From NCBI GenBank assembly GCA_023213395.1, contig CM041465.1:210993741-211057740 (forward strand): a stretch of 64,000 nucleotides of DNA, given 5' to 3'. Of this stretch, positions 39,101-54,021 are shown piece by piece. The notes below the pieces were generated by a model that saw only the letters and a program-made list of their open reading frames with translations, was not told the DNA's origin and did no database searches. The position numbers and the translations under genes were made by a program. Within the stretch, counting starts at the first letter, position 1; every line of letters begins with the position of its first letter. The stretch comes from Cycas panzhihuaensis. Its lineage: Eukaryota > Plantae > Cycadophyta.

Positions 39101-40451
39101 TGAAGGTAAAAAGGCCTTCTAAGGAAAGCGACTAGTAAATAATGGGAGAAGTAAGATAGAGTGGGTTTTAATGAAATAAGGATAAGTAGAGAGAATGGAC
39201 TTCAAAAAATTTAGGAATTCCTACTAAAAGGAAAAAAGGAGGAGGAGGAGGAGAGAGGACGAGGTATATGTATCTTGTTAAGCCCAAAATTTGAGTAAGA
39301 AAATCACCTAGTGCATTAGAATGAGCATAAATAACTTGTCAAAATAGTATAGGTGGGTTTTAGAAAAAAAATTTAACTATTGGAGCCCATAGGATTTCTA
39401 TAGGTTGATTTTTCCCAAAACTAACAGCTAAAATTGACCTAATAGAAAATGATTAATGTGACACATTGATCAAAATAAGATGTATGAACTTTTATGGTAA
39501 TTTTGGAGTTATAGACTAATTAGCTATAAATATAAATTGTGTTAAAGGTTTGGATAGGAATTTTAATGTTGTTGTTTTGATTGCAATATTCTACTATCTA
39601 TATCAATGCTTGTTCCTTTGTAGAGATATATTACATATGCTATTAGCTACTTAACAATAGATTTATTTTTGAGAATACCTAATAATTTTATAGGTGATTG
39701 ACTTGGGACAACATTTTTTAAAATTATTTAGCAGTGATTTACAATAGTAATATAGTAACTTTGATAAAAATATAATAGTCTAACACATTTATTCAAGGTA
39801 ATTATGAAGCCTACTAGGCTCTAATAAAGGTTTATTTATCTCTATATTCCCTTTAATAAACTTCCTTGTCATTACTATCTCTTGACCTAATATCTTAGGG
39901 CACTACTTATAGAGGAACATCTATTACTATAAGGTCAATAATCATGTAAGGGTGTTCATGAAAGGTAAGTTCTTGGAACTAATTTCTAACCAATGCATTA
40001 TAGAGTTCGAACAACTAGCATTTTTTTCTAATTTAGGATAGTAAAGGAACCTATAAGAGTCCTTTAATATATCTAAAGTTCTATGGAGGCTCAATTTCGT
40101 AGTTGAATTTTATTTGAAAACTTGCATAATTAAAATGATCCACTTTACTTCACGTACAGATGTATACCCACATACACTTAACCCAAAATGATAAATCCCC
40201 TTTATATTTAAAGACCCATAACATAGGGTCTCTATCTAAACACCAGAGGAAGGGATGGATGTGACTTAACTTTCATTACCCACTTGTAGTTGACTACTTT
40301 CGAACAAAACATAATAGAATAAATATAATTGATTTCAAAAGAAGGATTTTAAGATATTCACCAAGGAAAAGTAAAATTTTTCCCTTTTCTAGTACTTTCT
40401 TTGATTTGTTAGCCACTTTATCTAGATTTGACACTTTATTCTAATGCCATT

Positions 40452-40849
40452 TGTAGCATGGCTTCCCAATAATTCTCCTCGTATACTAAAATGACAAAAA
40501 AAAGAAAAGAGAATAAAGGCAATATTTTTATTAAATTATGAAGTAGATTACAAAAAATGAACTTATAATGGACTCAATATACACCAAAGGAACACCAAAA
40601 GGAGTACTGAAGTATAATATCTCTAGGGAGCAAATACATAACCAACATTTACTATAATCCACAAACCTTAAATAAACAAGAAAGGTCTTTCTTAAAATAA
40701 TTCTATGAGTGAGCCAAATGGTCTTACATTTTATTAGAGGACTTAATAATATGTGTACAAAGATTAATGGCTAACATTAACGCTTAACTACTTAGTGGTT
40801 TACCACTTGCTAATTCTCTATTCTGCTAACAAGATATAGCCATGTAACA
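40452..40849 (-). repeat. Chromovirus 5' LTR
   Basis: TG..CA intact; direct repeat of 34229-34627. Confidence 0.85.
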
Positions 40850-41549
40850 CCTTAGTTGACCAATTCTTACATTTACATAGACATGAATGAATAACCAACT
40901 ATAACTACTAAGATAGTTTATATAATTAACCAATTGATGAAGCTACCTTAATCAACTAAGTCAAGCTAACTAATTAGGTCAACTAATTGATTAGGTTAAC
41001 TTAAGCCAATTAATATCTTGCCCATACTTAGCATATGCTCAATCTAAACATAATGCACTTGAATAATATCTAGCATTTATCTTAGACTAAAAAAAATACT
41101 AAATACAAAATTTATATAAAAGAACTTATAATAATAGTATACTAAATAAAATTTAAAATTAATTTAGTAGAGAAGGAAAAGGAAAATAACTATCAAAGGG
41201 GGTTAATAAAGACACATCAAACTTCAAAGAGTTCAAGGTAACATAGTGATCAATCATAGCCCATAGTGATCAATCATAGCCCATATCTAGTATAAAGGCA
41301 AAAAGACTTGCTTTTCATTCATCTTCATTAACTAAATATTACATTTTTGTTATTTTTCTTCAATCAACATGTCATGTAATAATCCAATACTAATATCTAA
41401 CTTAGTGAAATCATCATTAAAAACATTAATAATAAAGAATAGTAGTAAAACACTAGATCTTTTACAACATAAAGTTATGCTTGCTTGCTTATTTTAAAAC
41501 TGAAATATTTAGCCTACTTAAAGCACCAATTATAAGAAACTTTGTAAAT

Positions 41550-42650
41550 GATTAACATCATTGTATAAGTATGTGAATGGCATGAGATGTGGTAATGGCC
41601 TACCACATAAAATGCTTTTTGCCTATTTTGGGATTGTAGATGGCATTTTGTTAATCACGATGCCTTAAATATTGAAATAATTTAAGCTAATGCATGTGTT
41701 TTGTCAAAATTTCCTTGATTTTTGTCTTCTTGACTTCCTTTGAATCAATATTCTCTCCATCTAGGGGTAGACTTGTAAATTCATAAATCAATTATAAGGT
41801 GACTACCAAAAATAATAATTTCTATAATAATTCAAAACTATTATGCATATTATCTAAGAAATACTAGTGCACCTTAGTAAGTGGCCTTGCTTCTTATTTC
41901 CTCAACAATATCTCCACTAATAGATGATATAGCATTAAATTTCCAAGTTACCTTCTAGAATGTGAATTTGTTTCACTTTATTTTGTATCTCATGAAATCT
42001 TTATTCTCAATCTTGGTCTTATTAAACCATGCAATTACCTCATCATTTTTCTCTAGTCTAATGCACTAAATGAGACCATTTCTCCATTTAAATTTGTTAC
42101 ACATGGCTTACCATATATCTATAGCTAACTCTTGTATTTTTATGTCTTTTCATATTCTTCTTGAAACACTATTACCCAACTAGGGACAAGCAAAATTACT
42201 ACATGTAATTGTTCTTCTTCTTCTCTCCTAAAGAGTGCATTTGCTGTGATGTTTAGTTTCCCTTCTTGTAGGAAATTTCAAAGTCATAAGTCTATATTTT
42301 ATTCATATATTTCTATTACTTATGGCATAGTTCTTTATGTTTGAAGAGGTAGTGGTAGCTATTGTGATTTGTTTATGCTTCTTAAGAGATAATGTTTCTC
42401 TTTATATAGGGTATGCATGATAATTGGAATGTCCTTGTCATACACTAAGTAAAGCTACTCACTAGCACTTAACTTTCTACTTTCAAATGTGATAAGCCTT
42501 CCTTGTCGTGTTAGTATAACTCTAGTATAAGTTCCAAAAGCATTACACTTAAGGATAAATAACTGGTGCAAGTTTAGGGATGTTAGTATTGTTCATGTTA
42601 CCATAACTTCCTTTAATTATTAGAAACATTCTTATGCCTATGTACCCCAC
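41550..42650 (-). pseudogene. Isolated Gypsy RNase H-integrase fragment
   Basis: LFILKCNAFG...LITFESRKLSASE*LYLVYDKD, YDFEISYKKG, ANALFRRE. Confidence 0.75.
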
Positions 42651-43853
42651 TATAAAAAAATCTTCTATAAAAGATTTATAAGGATACATACTTGCTATTT
42701 ATAGTTTTTTATAAATCATCGATTATATCCTATTAGCCATAGAAACCCTCTTAACTTGATAATATTCTTAGGTACGAGGCACTTAAAAATAGTATTAGTT
42801 TTTATTAAATCAACCTTAACTCCTTTATTAAAAATAATATGACCTATTAGTACAAGAAAATGTGGTAATCTTAGATTTCAACTAAATATATCCCATATAC
42901 TTTAGTGAGAATCTAAGATCATATCTCAATCAATATTTTATAAGTTTAAGATAGAGTTTATTGAAAAAAAATCATTTAGTTGAGCGATAATGAAATGTGT
43001 GTCATCTTAATTTGAAATTTAAGACTAAGAGGTTTGAGGAACCCAAAGGATAAAAATTTACTCCTAAAAATAAGATTTAACTTACTTCAAAGAAAATACC
43101 AACAATAGGCTATCATGCCAATATTTTCTCCATAGTAAGTAAAAATGACCATCCTAATGTCTCTAAGGCTACCTATACACTTATTCCCCCAAAGATTATT
43201 GGATGGTCTCTACTAGTTTAGATAGCCTAAGCCTATAAGAATCACGATCTCCAACCTTGGTAGTAAACTATAAGATGCATCTAGTAACGATGAATATTAT
43301 AAGTAATGGCAAAATAAATCCCTATATGGTCTCTCTAGATAAAGCCACTAAGCCAATTATAGTTTTGTATTGCACTTCTAAAGAGTGAGTATATAGTCAA
43401 CCCACTTACTCTTTGATACCCCCAAAGCTATCAAAGTTACTTATAACCTAGGTTTTTATGGACAGGTCCAAGTAGGTAAAGCATACCCACATGATTGTAC
43501 CCCTACTAGGATCTTGTCCTAACTAGCTAAAAGATTGACGCACTTAGGATTCTTGTGTTAACAAAGGGTCTTAGTCTAGTAATTTCATGGTAAAAGTAGC
43601 AAGATAGGATTTTAACTCTATAAACACTTAAAACATACACATGGATCCTAGGAGATGATGACAGATCGATGAAATAAAATACTTCAACAATAACCTATTG
43701 ATTAAAAATCTGGTCTTAACAAAAATTACAACTTAAAATATTGAGCCAATAATATACACGGAAAAAGTTAGCAGAAAATATTGAAGATCCATCAAATCTT
43801 AAATTCATTATGTGTGTTTATGAAACTAAAATTAAAAATTGTATTGATTTTTG

Positions 43854-44056
<203 letters not shown>

Positions 44057-45511
44057 TCAACAATAGCAATGTGCACCAAGCCCCTTTAAGAGTCAATGGC
44101 AAAATAATTAAAAATACTTACTAAATCCCCAATGTAACTATAAAGACTAGTTTTATCCCGTTTATTTTTTGTTTTCTAAATTTAGAATTAAAATCAAACT
44201 ATATGCTTATGCATTTTAATTTCCCCTTTCTAATTCATTTTAACTAGTTGCAAATTAAAGTGTGAGTGCATATAGACTGCACTAAATCTATATGACTATT
44301 TTGCCAATCGAAACTGCTTTCATTTATCTATATGAAGGTTAAAAAGTGGCCTACTTATGTTTTGCATAATGATGACCAAGTGCATATATGATAATCAAAT
44401 GAAAATTTATCAAAAGTTTATTTAAAACCTTACTTTTGCACCATGGAAATAAAATAATAAATATTAATCTGATAAGCACATAGAGTGATCCTTATCCTAT
44501 TATAAGTATACATTAGATTTGCATGCAACAAGCACAATAGATAATTAATGTCATTAAGGGTCATTATAGTATGCCAAAGGGCATGCCATTTATCCTTATC
44601 ATGAGACACATTTAATTATTGTTCTTTCCCTCTAATAGGCATGTGGTTTCTATGGTCTATATGTGTGTAGTTCCTTTTGTTCAATTTTTCATCTATAGTT
44701 GATTAGAGAATGTGAATAAGTGAACATTATTTTGAAGTCTTTAAGGTTTGGTGTAGAAACCTTTAATGATCATTATTAGACAGACACATGGATATATATT
44801 TACCCCTAATGAAACTTTAATGGAATATTTTAAGGGGTAATGTCTTATAATAAATTCAAGTATTCTTCAAGATGTTAACTTTGAAACACGTTGTAGCATT
44901 TACTTATTATCTATAATTTTACATTAAGATTTAATTAAAACAAATCATTAAAAGTTTACTTTCACCCTTTTAAATCTGTTATATCATTTATAAATATATT
45001 TAAAAGTTTTTAAACAACTTTAACCAAGGATACATGAATGAATTTCTCTAAATATATAACTCATATGTATTAAGAAAGTTTATTTGAAAACATGTGTTTA
45101 ATGTTTGCAAGGAGGGTGTTAAAAAGGTGTATTTTTCCTTAAAAATGTGTGCATAGAAGTACAAATATATATATATATATAAGTTGTCTTAAGGTAAGAT
45201 GTTTGTATGTGGTGGGGGTGAGTTCACAAGACTTGACCCTATGACTTACTTATCTCAAAATGCTCTAATCTTAACACCCTAACCAACTAACTAACTAACA
45301 CACTCATTAATTAAATAAATTAAAAAAAAATCAAATATTTAAGCCACCCTAACATACTCATCAACTAAAAGAAAAAATATCAAACATTTAAACCACTCTT
45401 TTAATTGATTAATAGCATATATGTGTGTATGTGCTTCTAAAGGTTGAGTGATCCAATTACACATGGTAAAGCACTTTTGTTAAACTAAACATGATATATA
45501 TCTATATCTAT

Positions 45512-45514
<3 letters not shown>

Positions 45515-45580
<66 letters not shown>
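45515..45580. repeat. (TC)23(TA)10 microsatellite
   Basis: Directly visible. Confidence 0.97.
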
Positions 45581-48500
45581 AAGATTGAGTGATTGAAATA
45601 CTTATAATCAAGTGGCTTCATTGGACTAAACATTATATATAAAGAAATGACATTATCATCCGATTATCTCATGAAATAAATGATGGCATAATAAACCACT
45701 TAAAAAAAAAAAAGTTGTCACCACATCGATCCTAGATAGAGAATGTTTGATTATACAATATATAGCATGATCGCATATATACATTCTATGGACAAATTGA
45801 TCTCCGTGATCTCTTTGGGATAGAAACGACCACGTGGCATTTGGGTTTAAAGTGATTCAAGATCATCTATATGGTGATTGAATGATCATTAAAATGAGTG
45901 CATGAATTGGTTCAAAAGTGAACACTATAAATATGTTGAAAATGATATTCATTTTCTACTAAGGGGTGTGCATAGTGGTATTGGGACTCTGCGGGACTAC
46001 CTCTAGCTATCATTAACTGACCTAGGTAATAGGTATGTATTTTATATTCTTTTCTTTTTTAAAATTAAAAAAAAGTTTTGGTCGATGGTGGGATTGCTTA
46101 ACATTTTGACTATAAATATGAGATGTAAATACTCAACGATGTTCTTTAACACCACCATTTATTAGAAATTTAATTAATATTTTGATAATATGGAATGATT
46201 ACCTATTTTGCTTTGTCCCCACGTATTTTTCATTTGGTATTAGAGGATCCATTTGGTATTACAGTGATTGGTCTCAGTTGAAATTGATTTCAAAGCACAT
46301 TATGACACATGACAAGCTAATATAGCAAATATTTATTCAGTTTCTAAAGTTTTCTTAATAGTTTTCTATAGGTTTTATTAAGTATTAGGGTGATTTGCTA
46401 TGTATTCTCCATATAATCAATATTTCTCTAGATTTGTATAGTACTTATAGGTGGACTCAACCCAACACTTATTTAGAGCAGTTTTATTGAAGTTTCATTC
46501 AATTTTTTATAAGTCACAATTTCTTTTAGCTTGGTCTGAGGTTTTTTCATAGACTTGATCTTCTGTAGGCTGGTGTACCTTCATCATTGAGTGGAACTAT
46601 ATTGAGTGATTACTTATTTGAATCCTTATTGAGTCCTCTCTGCACCAGAATAGATGGTTCTAAAAACCATTGGTTCTACATTGAGATATTACTCTTGAAA
46701 GAAGGATGACTCCTCTGCCCTATTGAAACCCCATTAGCATTTGCTTGAACCTAATTAAATTCACTTAATATCTCACTATTTCATCCTACAACATAGATGT
46801 TGGCTTATTGCTAACTGTATAAGCCATTCCTATATAGATCTCAAGCTTTGTTTGTGCCATATGAATTCTATACAATAGTCGACCTCCAGCATAACTGTGC
46901 ACCAAAAACTTGGTTCTAAATCATTTTTTCCTTGAATTCTTTTCTTGAGATTCATCTATATACTATCCTAATCAATTAGGATAAATTGTGGTGAAGTTTT
47001 GGTGCCCCATTTTAGTTGATTAATCGATCTAAGCCTCCTCATCCTCGTGCAAACCTATGGACTTATGTCTACATTAATTTTTATGATTTAGTTTTGTAAA
47101 GTTTGATGAAATTCAATTAGATTTAATAATTGTTTGGGGTTAAAGCCCCTTAGATCCTAGACTATAGTCTTGTTGAGCTCCCATACGACCTTGGTTTATT
47201 TACAAAGGGGCATATTGTAAAATCTATTAAACCCTTTTTAATAATTTTAAATTTTAAGAGATTGAGTTACTTTTTATAATTTTTGGAGTTTGCTAGCCCC
47301 CTTCATAGGCCAACGATAGATCACATGTGGTAACTAGGTGACTAGGGGCTCCGGTGAAAAGGGCTTAAGACATCCCTTCTTCAATTTTTTACCACAAGTG
47401 ATGGGCTTCACCATTTTACTAATATCTTCCTAACTAGGAGTCCATTTTTCAAATAATTGGATATATTGGAAAGCTAACTCAATGATCTATGTACTAAAGT
47501 TAGTTTCACACCAATTTAAAGTTATTTTATAGGTGTTTTAGGCTGATAAAGTTATCTCTCCCATTTAATCCTAATTTGAGCTTCTTTCATCATTTTAAAG
47601 TAATTTATTAACTTTATTCAAGTATATTTATATTATATTGATATATTAACCTATTTTTGGTAGATTTTACCTTGAATTTTAAGGCTTATATATGTTTTTA
47701 GCTAAATATTATGTAGATTTACCATTGAAGAAGAAGGCAAATACTTAGATAATATTTTACAACAAAGAGCTTTCTAACCCTTAATTTATTTCATTTTAAG
47801 CCTTCTATTTTATTTTACTTCATTTCTAACTCATTTAATTTTATTTTAAGGCTCATATTAAGCTGATTTTAGTTCATTTAAAGGGAATTTTATATTATTA
47901 TTAAAGCTCATTTCAAAGTTTATTTTAAGCTCTTTTATTACACTTCAAAGCTCATATAGAGTTTATTTTATTGTATTTCAAAGCTCATTTAAAGGCTCAT
48001 TTTATTTCTTTTTCATTTCATGTCATTTTAGAACTCATTTGTTTCATTTAGAAGGCTTATTTTATCTCATATTTATTTCATTTAAAAAGGCTTATTTCAT
48101 TTCATTCTTATTATATTTGTCAAGTTACTTTTATTTGCCATTAAAAGGAACCTTATTTATTAACAAGATCACATCTAAAATCTACTTTCATATTAAAGAG
48201 ATAAATTTCTAAATGAACACCTTTTTTCTATTCTTATAAGGGGAATGAGTATGACCCTTGAAGTTACCACTCTACACACACCCTTGGCTTATTCATATTT
48301 GGATGAGGAACATCATTGGCTATTAGGTGGAATAAGTGGTAGGCTGAGGTGGAGTACCCTATCTTTTTGGAGTTTGGAGACCAGACTAGACTTAGTGGGG
48401 TGAGTGGCCTAGTTTGAAAAGCTTTCACTACTAGATCTTTTGTTGGGCATAAGTTTAACGTAGGTGGATCGACATATTATGGGGTCTTGTATCTTCTTAG

Positions 48501-48774
48501 TAGCCTGCACATTGAGATATATAGAGCCTAGTACTCACATATCCATATATTGGGTCCTTGATTTACCACTTGTGGGCATGTGTAACTAGAGAGGATAGTA
48601 ATTGAAAGCTTCCCTTGGAGACCCTTAAACTTAGATCTTAGAAACCATTAGGTACCTAGGATACGTGAACATTTACACCTAGGGTACATTTGAACATTTT
48701 CACATAGAAACACTTATATTTTTGTTGGATTATATATTAAAATTTTCTTTATAATAGCAATAAATCTTGGCAAC

Positions 48775-49113
48775 ATGATTATACCTATATTTGATAGTAC
48801 TAACATTCTACATTGGAGTAAAATGATAAAATTAATTTTTATAGCTAAAAATTTGTGGGAGTTTGCAAAGGATAGTTTTGATGACTTAGGTGATAATGCT
48901 ACCTTAGATGAGAAACAAGCTTATAAAGAATGTATGGAAAAGGATAATGAAGCACTAGCATTAATATTTTATGCTTTGAAAGACTATATATTTTTTAGAA
49001 TAAGTGAAATGACTACATCAAAAGACATATGGGATACCTTGAAAATGATTCATGTAGGAGTCACATCTACTAAAAAAGGTCATGTCTCCATTACGATAGA
49101 ATGGAGAAACTAG
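48775..49113 (+). pseudogene. Copia gag N-terminus (DUF4219/UBN2-like)
   Basis: PIFDSTNILHWSKMIKLIFIAKNLWE, KDNEALALIFYAL, TTSKDIWDTLK. Confidence 0.88.
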
Positions 49114-49469
49114 ATATATTAATGATGTGTTGTATGAATATCTACTATTTATGGGATATATGATGGAACATGACATAATGTTATGTTTAATAATGATGAG
49201 TGTACCATTTCCCTAAAAGACTCCGTCAAAGAAGACGATCATTATAAAGTAGAAGTTGAGAAAGACTTAGGTTCAAATCAAGTTAAATCTTCCATATCTA
49301 CTCTAAATATTCTAAAATAGGTCCAAAGACAACATGACCCAATAAATATACTTGATATAATTTTGAAAGGAGACTCACATGCTCCAATAGGGTCAACTTT
49401 GCCCTACTAAGCCAAGTTTTGGAACCACATGAGCCTCACATTATTGAAGATGTCAATACTATAAAGAAA

Positions 49470-49592
49470 TTAGTATAGGATGGTGATATTGAATTGGTTT
49501 GTTATAGAGCAAAGGAACAAGTAACAAATATCTTCCCTAAGGTCCTTATAAAGTTCAATTTTCACAAATTCAGGGATAAGCTTGGAGTTATA
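49470..49592 (+). pseudogene. Copia RNase H C-terminal tail
   Basis: DGDIELVCYRAKEQVTNIFPKVLIKFNFHKFRDKLGV, compare ..EQxADIFTKxL....F...R..LG. Confidence 0.8.
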
Positions 49593-52499
49593 CAAAATAA
49601 ATATTATGGGGGAGAATGTTAGAAATAATGTTTATTTTCTGCTAAGGGGTGTGCATAGTGGCATTGAGACTCTATAGGTTTGTCTCTAGCCATCATCAAC
49701 CGACCTAGGTAATATGTATATATTTTATATTTATTTTATATTATTTTTTGATTTGAAAAATGTGTCAGTCAATGACAGGCTTGCCCAATGTTATGACTAT
49801 AAATATAAGGTTCAAATATTCAACGGTGTTCTTTAACACCACTATTTATTAGAAATTTTGTTGATATTTTGATAATATGAAATGATTACCTATTCTTCTC
49901 TATCCCCACACACTCTTCAAAATAAGCTTGTGTATGGCAATGTAATAAGCATTGAAAGTAAATATGTTATATTTGACTAGTGAAGATTATTATCTTGTGG
50001 GTAGACATTAAAGAGATTACCAAATAAGAGAATGATTGTAGCTACATAAAGATAATGCCTCAACACATAGAGAAAGTAATGCATGGGCTACAAATCTCTA
50101 ATTTAAGAGAATAATTTGATAAATCAAATCACTCAATCATGCAACAATTAATAATCAAACTAATTAACTATCCATGGGTATTCAAAACTTGCCATGGCAT
50201 ACTAAAATGTAATTTATAGTATATAGACATGGGTGTTTATATCAATGGACAATTGAGATCAATGTTGAGTAGCTACATATAAAGGTAATTCAATTCATGG
50301 GTGACTGGAGTTGTATTTAGGTGACTTAATATATGGCAATGTAATAAAGATTGTAGGTAGGTTTCACAAGCATAACCATGGCTACATAAGACAAGTATCA
50401 AATGGGCATTATTGTAGGAAGATCTTACAAGTATTTATGAGTGTAGTCAAAACTATGAAGGATGAACATAAGATAAGTGTCAATGGGAAGGAGATAGATT
50501 GGAAACAAAATGTAGAAGTTAGGCAATTATATTGCAAGTAGATTTATACAATGGGAAGACTATAATCATGCCTAAAAATGTGCAAATAATTTGGGTGACA
50601 CTGAGTAGCTATATGTATGATATATATAGTATAAAAATAAATGAGCTGTAGTGTTAAAAACCCAAACATATTTTCTTTTATGTGCATGCATAAGCCTTTA
50701 AATCCATGACTGATGTATACTTAAAATGACTTAGAGATATTTAATTAATATATTCCAACTTGGTTACAAGTAAGTATAAGTATAGATTTTGGTAATGTTT
50801 AATCACATACCATGAATTGCTTCTCCATCTCTAGATGAGTTGGTCTATTTCTCTCTCCCTCTTTCTTATATCTCTTTCCAAGCCATACTCCATTCTTATG
50901 TTAAATAGTGCTTTTATTTGTCAAATGTATAGGCTAATATAAGAATGTGCTGATGAGAAAGATGAATATAATAAATGATGTATGCTTTTAGCCCTAAAAT
51001 TTTAAAATTTTAAAACCAATCTCTTGCCATTTCATTAATAATATCATCAATTTATATAAGTGGCAGGGGGTTGGTTGGTTATTCATTAAATTCGTTGGGC
51101 AATAGATTAAACAAAACCTGACAACCAATCCCTAATTACTACCTTTATTTAACAAAATTTAGTTTAAAGTTTAAACAAAAGACCCCTTTAAGGGATAGAA
51201 CAAAATATATAATAATTTTAAGGGGAAAAGACCCCATAGGTTTTATAATAATAACATAAATCTATGACCTTAATAATGTAACTTTAATATTTTATGTTAT
51301 ATTAACATAATGCCCCATAGGCATTGAAGACTGACAAGGTTGAAGATATCCATAAATCAAGTGCAATGACTTAAAAACCTAAAAGTTTACAACAAAAGCT
51401 TATGAAGAACTAAGTGCCCATACCATCTAAAATAATGAGATGAATATGAAACTAAAAGAGTAATTCATGACTGAAGTGAAAGTTATAATTATCATTATGG
51501 CTATCTATAACTATTAAAGAACCCAAAAGAGCTACTAAAATGTGATAGTATCAATGTATATATAAAATATCTGAAGCCTTTAGTTTAATGTTCAAGAGGA
51601 CTATCAAAATTGTGTTTGGAATATTAGAAGAAGGAATGTTAGCTAATGCTAACTACTAAATCAACTGACAATAAAAGACTGAAAGAATGATCTAGTAATG
51701 CTACTAAAATGTAATAAACCAACCAATGTCAACCCATAAAATCTTATACAATTGGGATAGCATGAGATCTAACTATCAAGTGTGCCTCACTAGATAAACA
51801 TTTATAAGAGAAAGATGCCATAATAAAAATAAGAAGTATCTAAAGCATAACTGAAATGGTAACTAAAATTTGAAATTAGGAATTCAAAAGAATTCCTCAA
51901 ACTCAAACTATAGAACTGAAACTAACTACTCCACATGCACACCCCTAAAATATGTTGATGAAGAAGGAGCAAAAAAATATTGAAACTCAAATATTAAACC
52001 AAATACAATATAGGAACCAATATGTTGAAGGACCATGACAATCAACCTATCAACTGTTACCATATAACCTACATTTGTGATGATGAGTCATAATTAAATT
52101 GAAATAATTGATGGATGCTCCTAATAATTCTCAAAGATAAAGGATCAAAAAAACATACTAGAAAAAGTGACAACTAAAATTATAGTAGTAACAATAAGAA
52201 AGAGATCATTTAATATTAGTTTAAAAACCAACATTAAGTAGATTTAGGAAAGTGAACATCTCTAAGACAAAAACAAAATAGAAGTTTGTTGTAGCTAGAA
52301 AATACAAGAATTATGGTGGCCTGAAGCATTTATCTAAAAAGTTGAATAAAATTATTACTTGGACTATATATAAAAGTATAGAATCTACTTCACCATAATG
52401 TCCATAAGTCAAACAATGCTAAAAGAAAATAGAATACACATCTACTTAATCATGAACTACTATTACTAAAGGTAACCAAAAAGGTCAATGATGAAGAAG

Positions 52500-54021
52500 G
52501 TGAGAGACTCCTAGGGGATAGACTAGGAATAAGCACTAACTCAATATAAAATTAAGTAGTCCCTAACCCAAAAACTAGAGTGATGTCAATTCAATAACTA
52601 AGCAACTAATTTGAATCTCTCAAGATTGGCTCAATGGCATCCTAACCCTTTCAATGGTGAGTTATGTGACTCAATCTAATCTAGGGACAGGGTCAAGGAA
52701 GGGAGTTGGCTCTAAACCCTTATATTCTCTTTATAGTAACAACTCAAGTGACTTAACATGACTTTATAATATGAGTCAATCGACTTAAACACAAGACTAA
52801 GATAAATTAGTAGAAAATTTTGGTGGAAGAGAATATGAGAATTAATAACAATCCTAAGAAAGTTTTATAAAAGGCTAATATAAATAATTAAATAATCAAA
52901 AGGATAAGGGCATTATCATTTTACCCAAACTTATGTAGAAGCCAAGTTTGAATTTTCAAAGAAGTTTTAGGATAGGGATAGGCTAATACATATAAAACAA
53001 ACATTATATTCTTAGGTGACTACCTAAGAAATAAGAAGATAAGATTTCTTTATATACAAGAAAGGTGAAACAAGCTCCTCTAGGCCAACTAGTCTAATGG
53101 TGCACATCAGGCTCCATGATAATGAGTAGTGGGGAAGTTAGGGGAGGTAATTTAGTTGTGAGAAGGACATAGATTTTATACCTAACCTTATTTATAGATA
53201 AAATGACTTAATATAGACTAACTCAATACAAAACATGGTTATAGAGGCTAAAGGTTTGGGTACAAAACATTCAACTTAAGTGGAAACAAGATGGAGGCAA
53301 TCTAAAGATAATAAACCCTAGTGGAACAAAAACATGGTTTACTCTATTATCTCATAGTTTACTCATGATATATATAATAGGTGTTGATATCTTCACTCTC
53401 TAAAAAATATAAATAACCCCTCAAAGTAGTGCCTAATATAACCATTGTCACACTTATCGCATAGATCTTATGGCCCCACAATGTTAATGATTTATATAGA
53501 AAACTTGAAAAGTGTAAAAGTAAGGAATTCTATGCCTAAAATTGGTAACAAGTAGCACTTTAAAGTGATACAAACGATAGTGAAGTCTCCACAAGTATGG
53601 ATGACCAATCCTCATGAATTGGGTATGATTTATAAAGTGGGGAAGTGACTCTCAAAAACTCTTTTTAGGTTCAATGGAGGGGAAGAATTTCTCAGACTAT
53701 ATTCTTATGATAGTATCATTTAGTCTCAAAAAAATCAAAGACAAGCAAACCAAATAAAATAGAAAATTATACATAAATCACTATGTACGCTAACCTATCA
53801 GACAAAAGTCTATTGATAAGTGTTAAATATAATGTTTGCTAGATAGTCTATTTAATGATTCTATAAATGTGGGATATGCATGATAGTAAAGGAGTAGAAA
53901 AAGTGAGCTAAATAGTGAATATAACATAGAGCAAAAGCCAAAGCAAAGTTGTGCACAACATAAGTAGCATTGAATGAATTGACTAACAACTACGAATCTA
54001 AGTAAATGACAACATGATGCA
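52500..54021 (+). mobile_element. Possible LINE ORF2 endonuclease-region relic, perhaps continuing at 57701-58100
   Basis: Weak motifs only: GHRFY (about 53165), WGSDSQKLFL (about 53640), YRPI (about 57965). Confidence 0.3.

Larger units (their letters stand above)
34229..40849 (-). mobile_element. Full-length but decayed Ty3/gypsy chromovirus (Reina-like size, 6.6 kb)
   Basis: About 400-bp LTRs 34229-34627 and 40452-40849, flanks TCTTA/CCTTA, PPT at 34628-34643, degenerate Met PBS near 40438-40449, gag-PR-RT-RH-INT-chromodomain order. Confidence 0.88.
45934..49919 (+). mobile_element. Non-autonomous Copia-derived LTR element (gag start plus RNase H tail only)
   Basis: About 300-bp LTRs 45934-46232 and 49617-49919, TG..CA, perfect TSD AAATA, PBS TGGTATTAGAG 46235-46245, PPT GGGGGAGAA 49608-49616. 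Confidence 0.92.
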
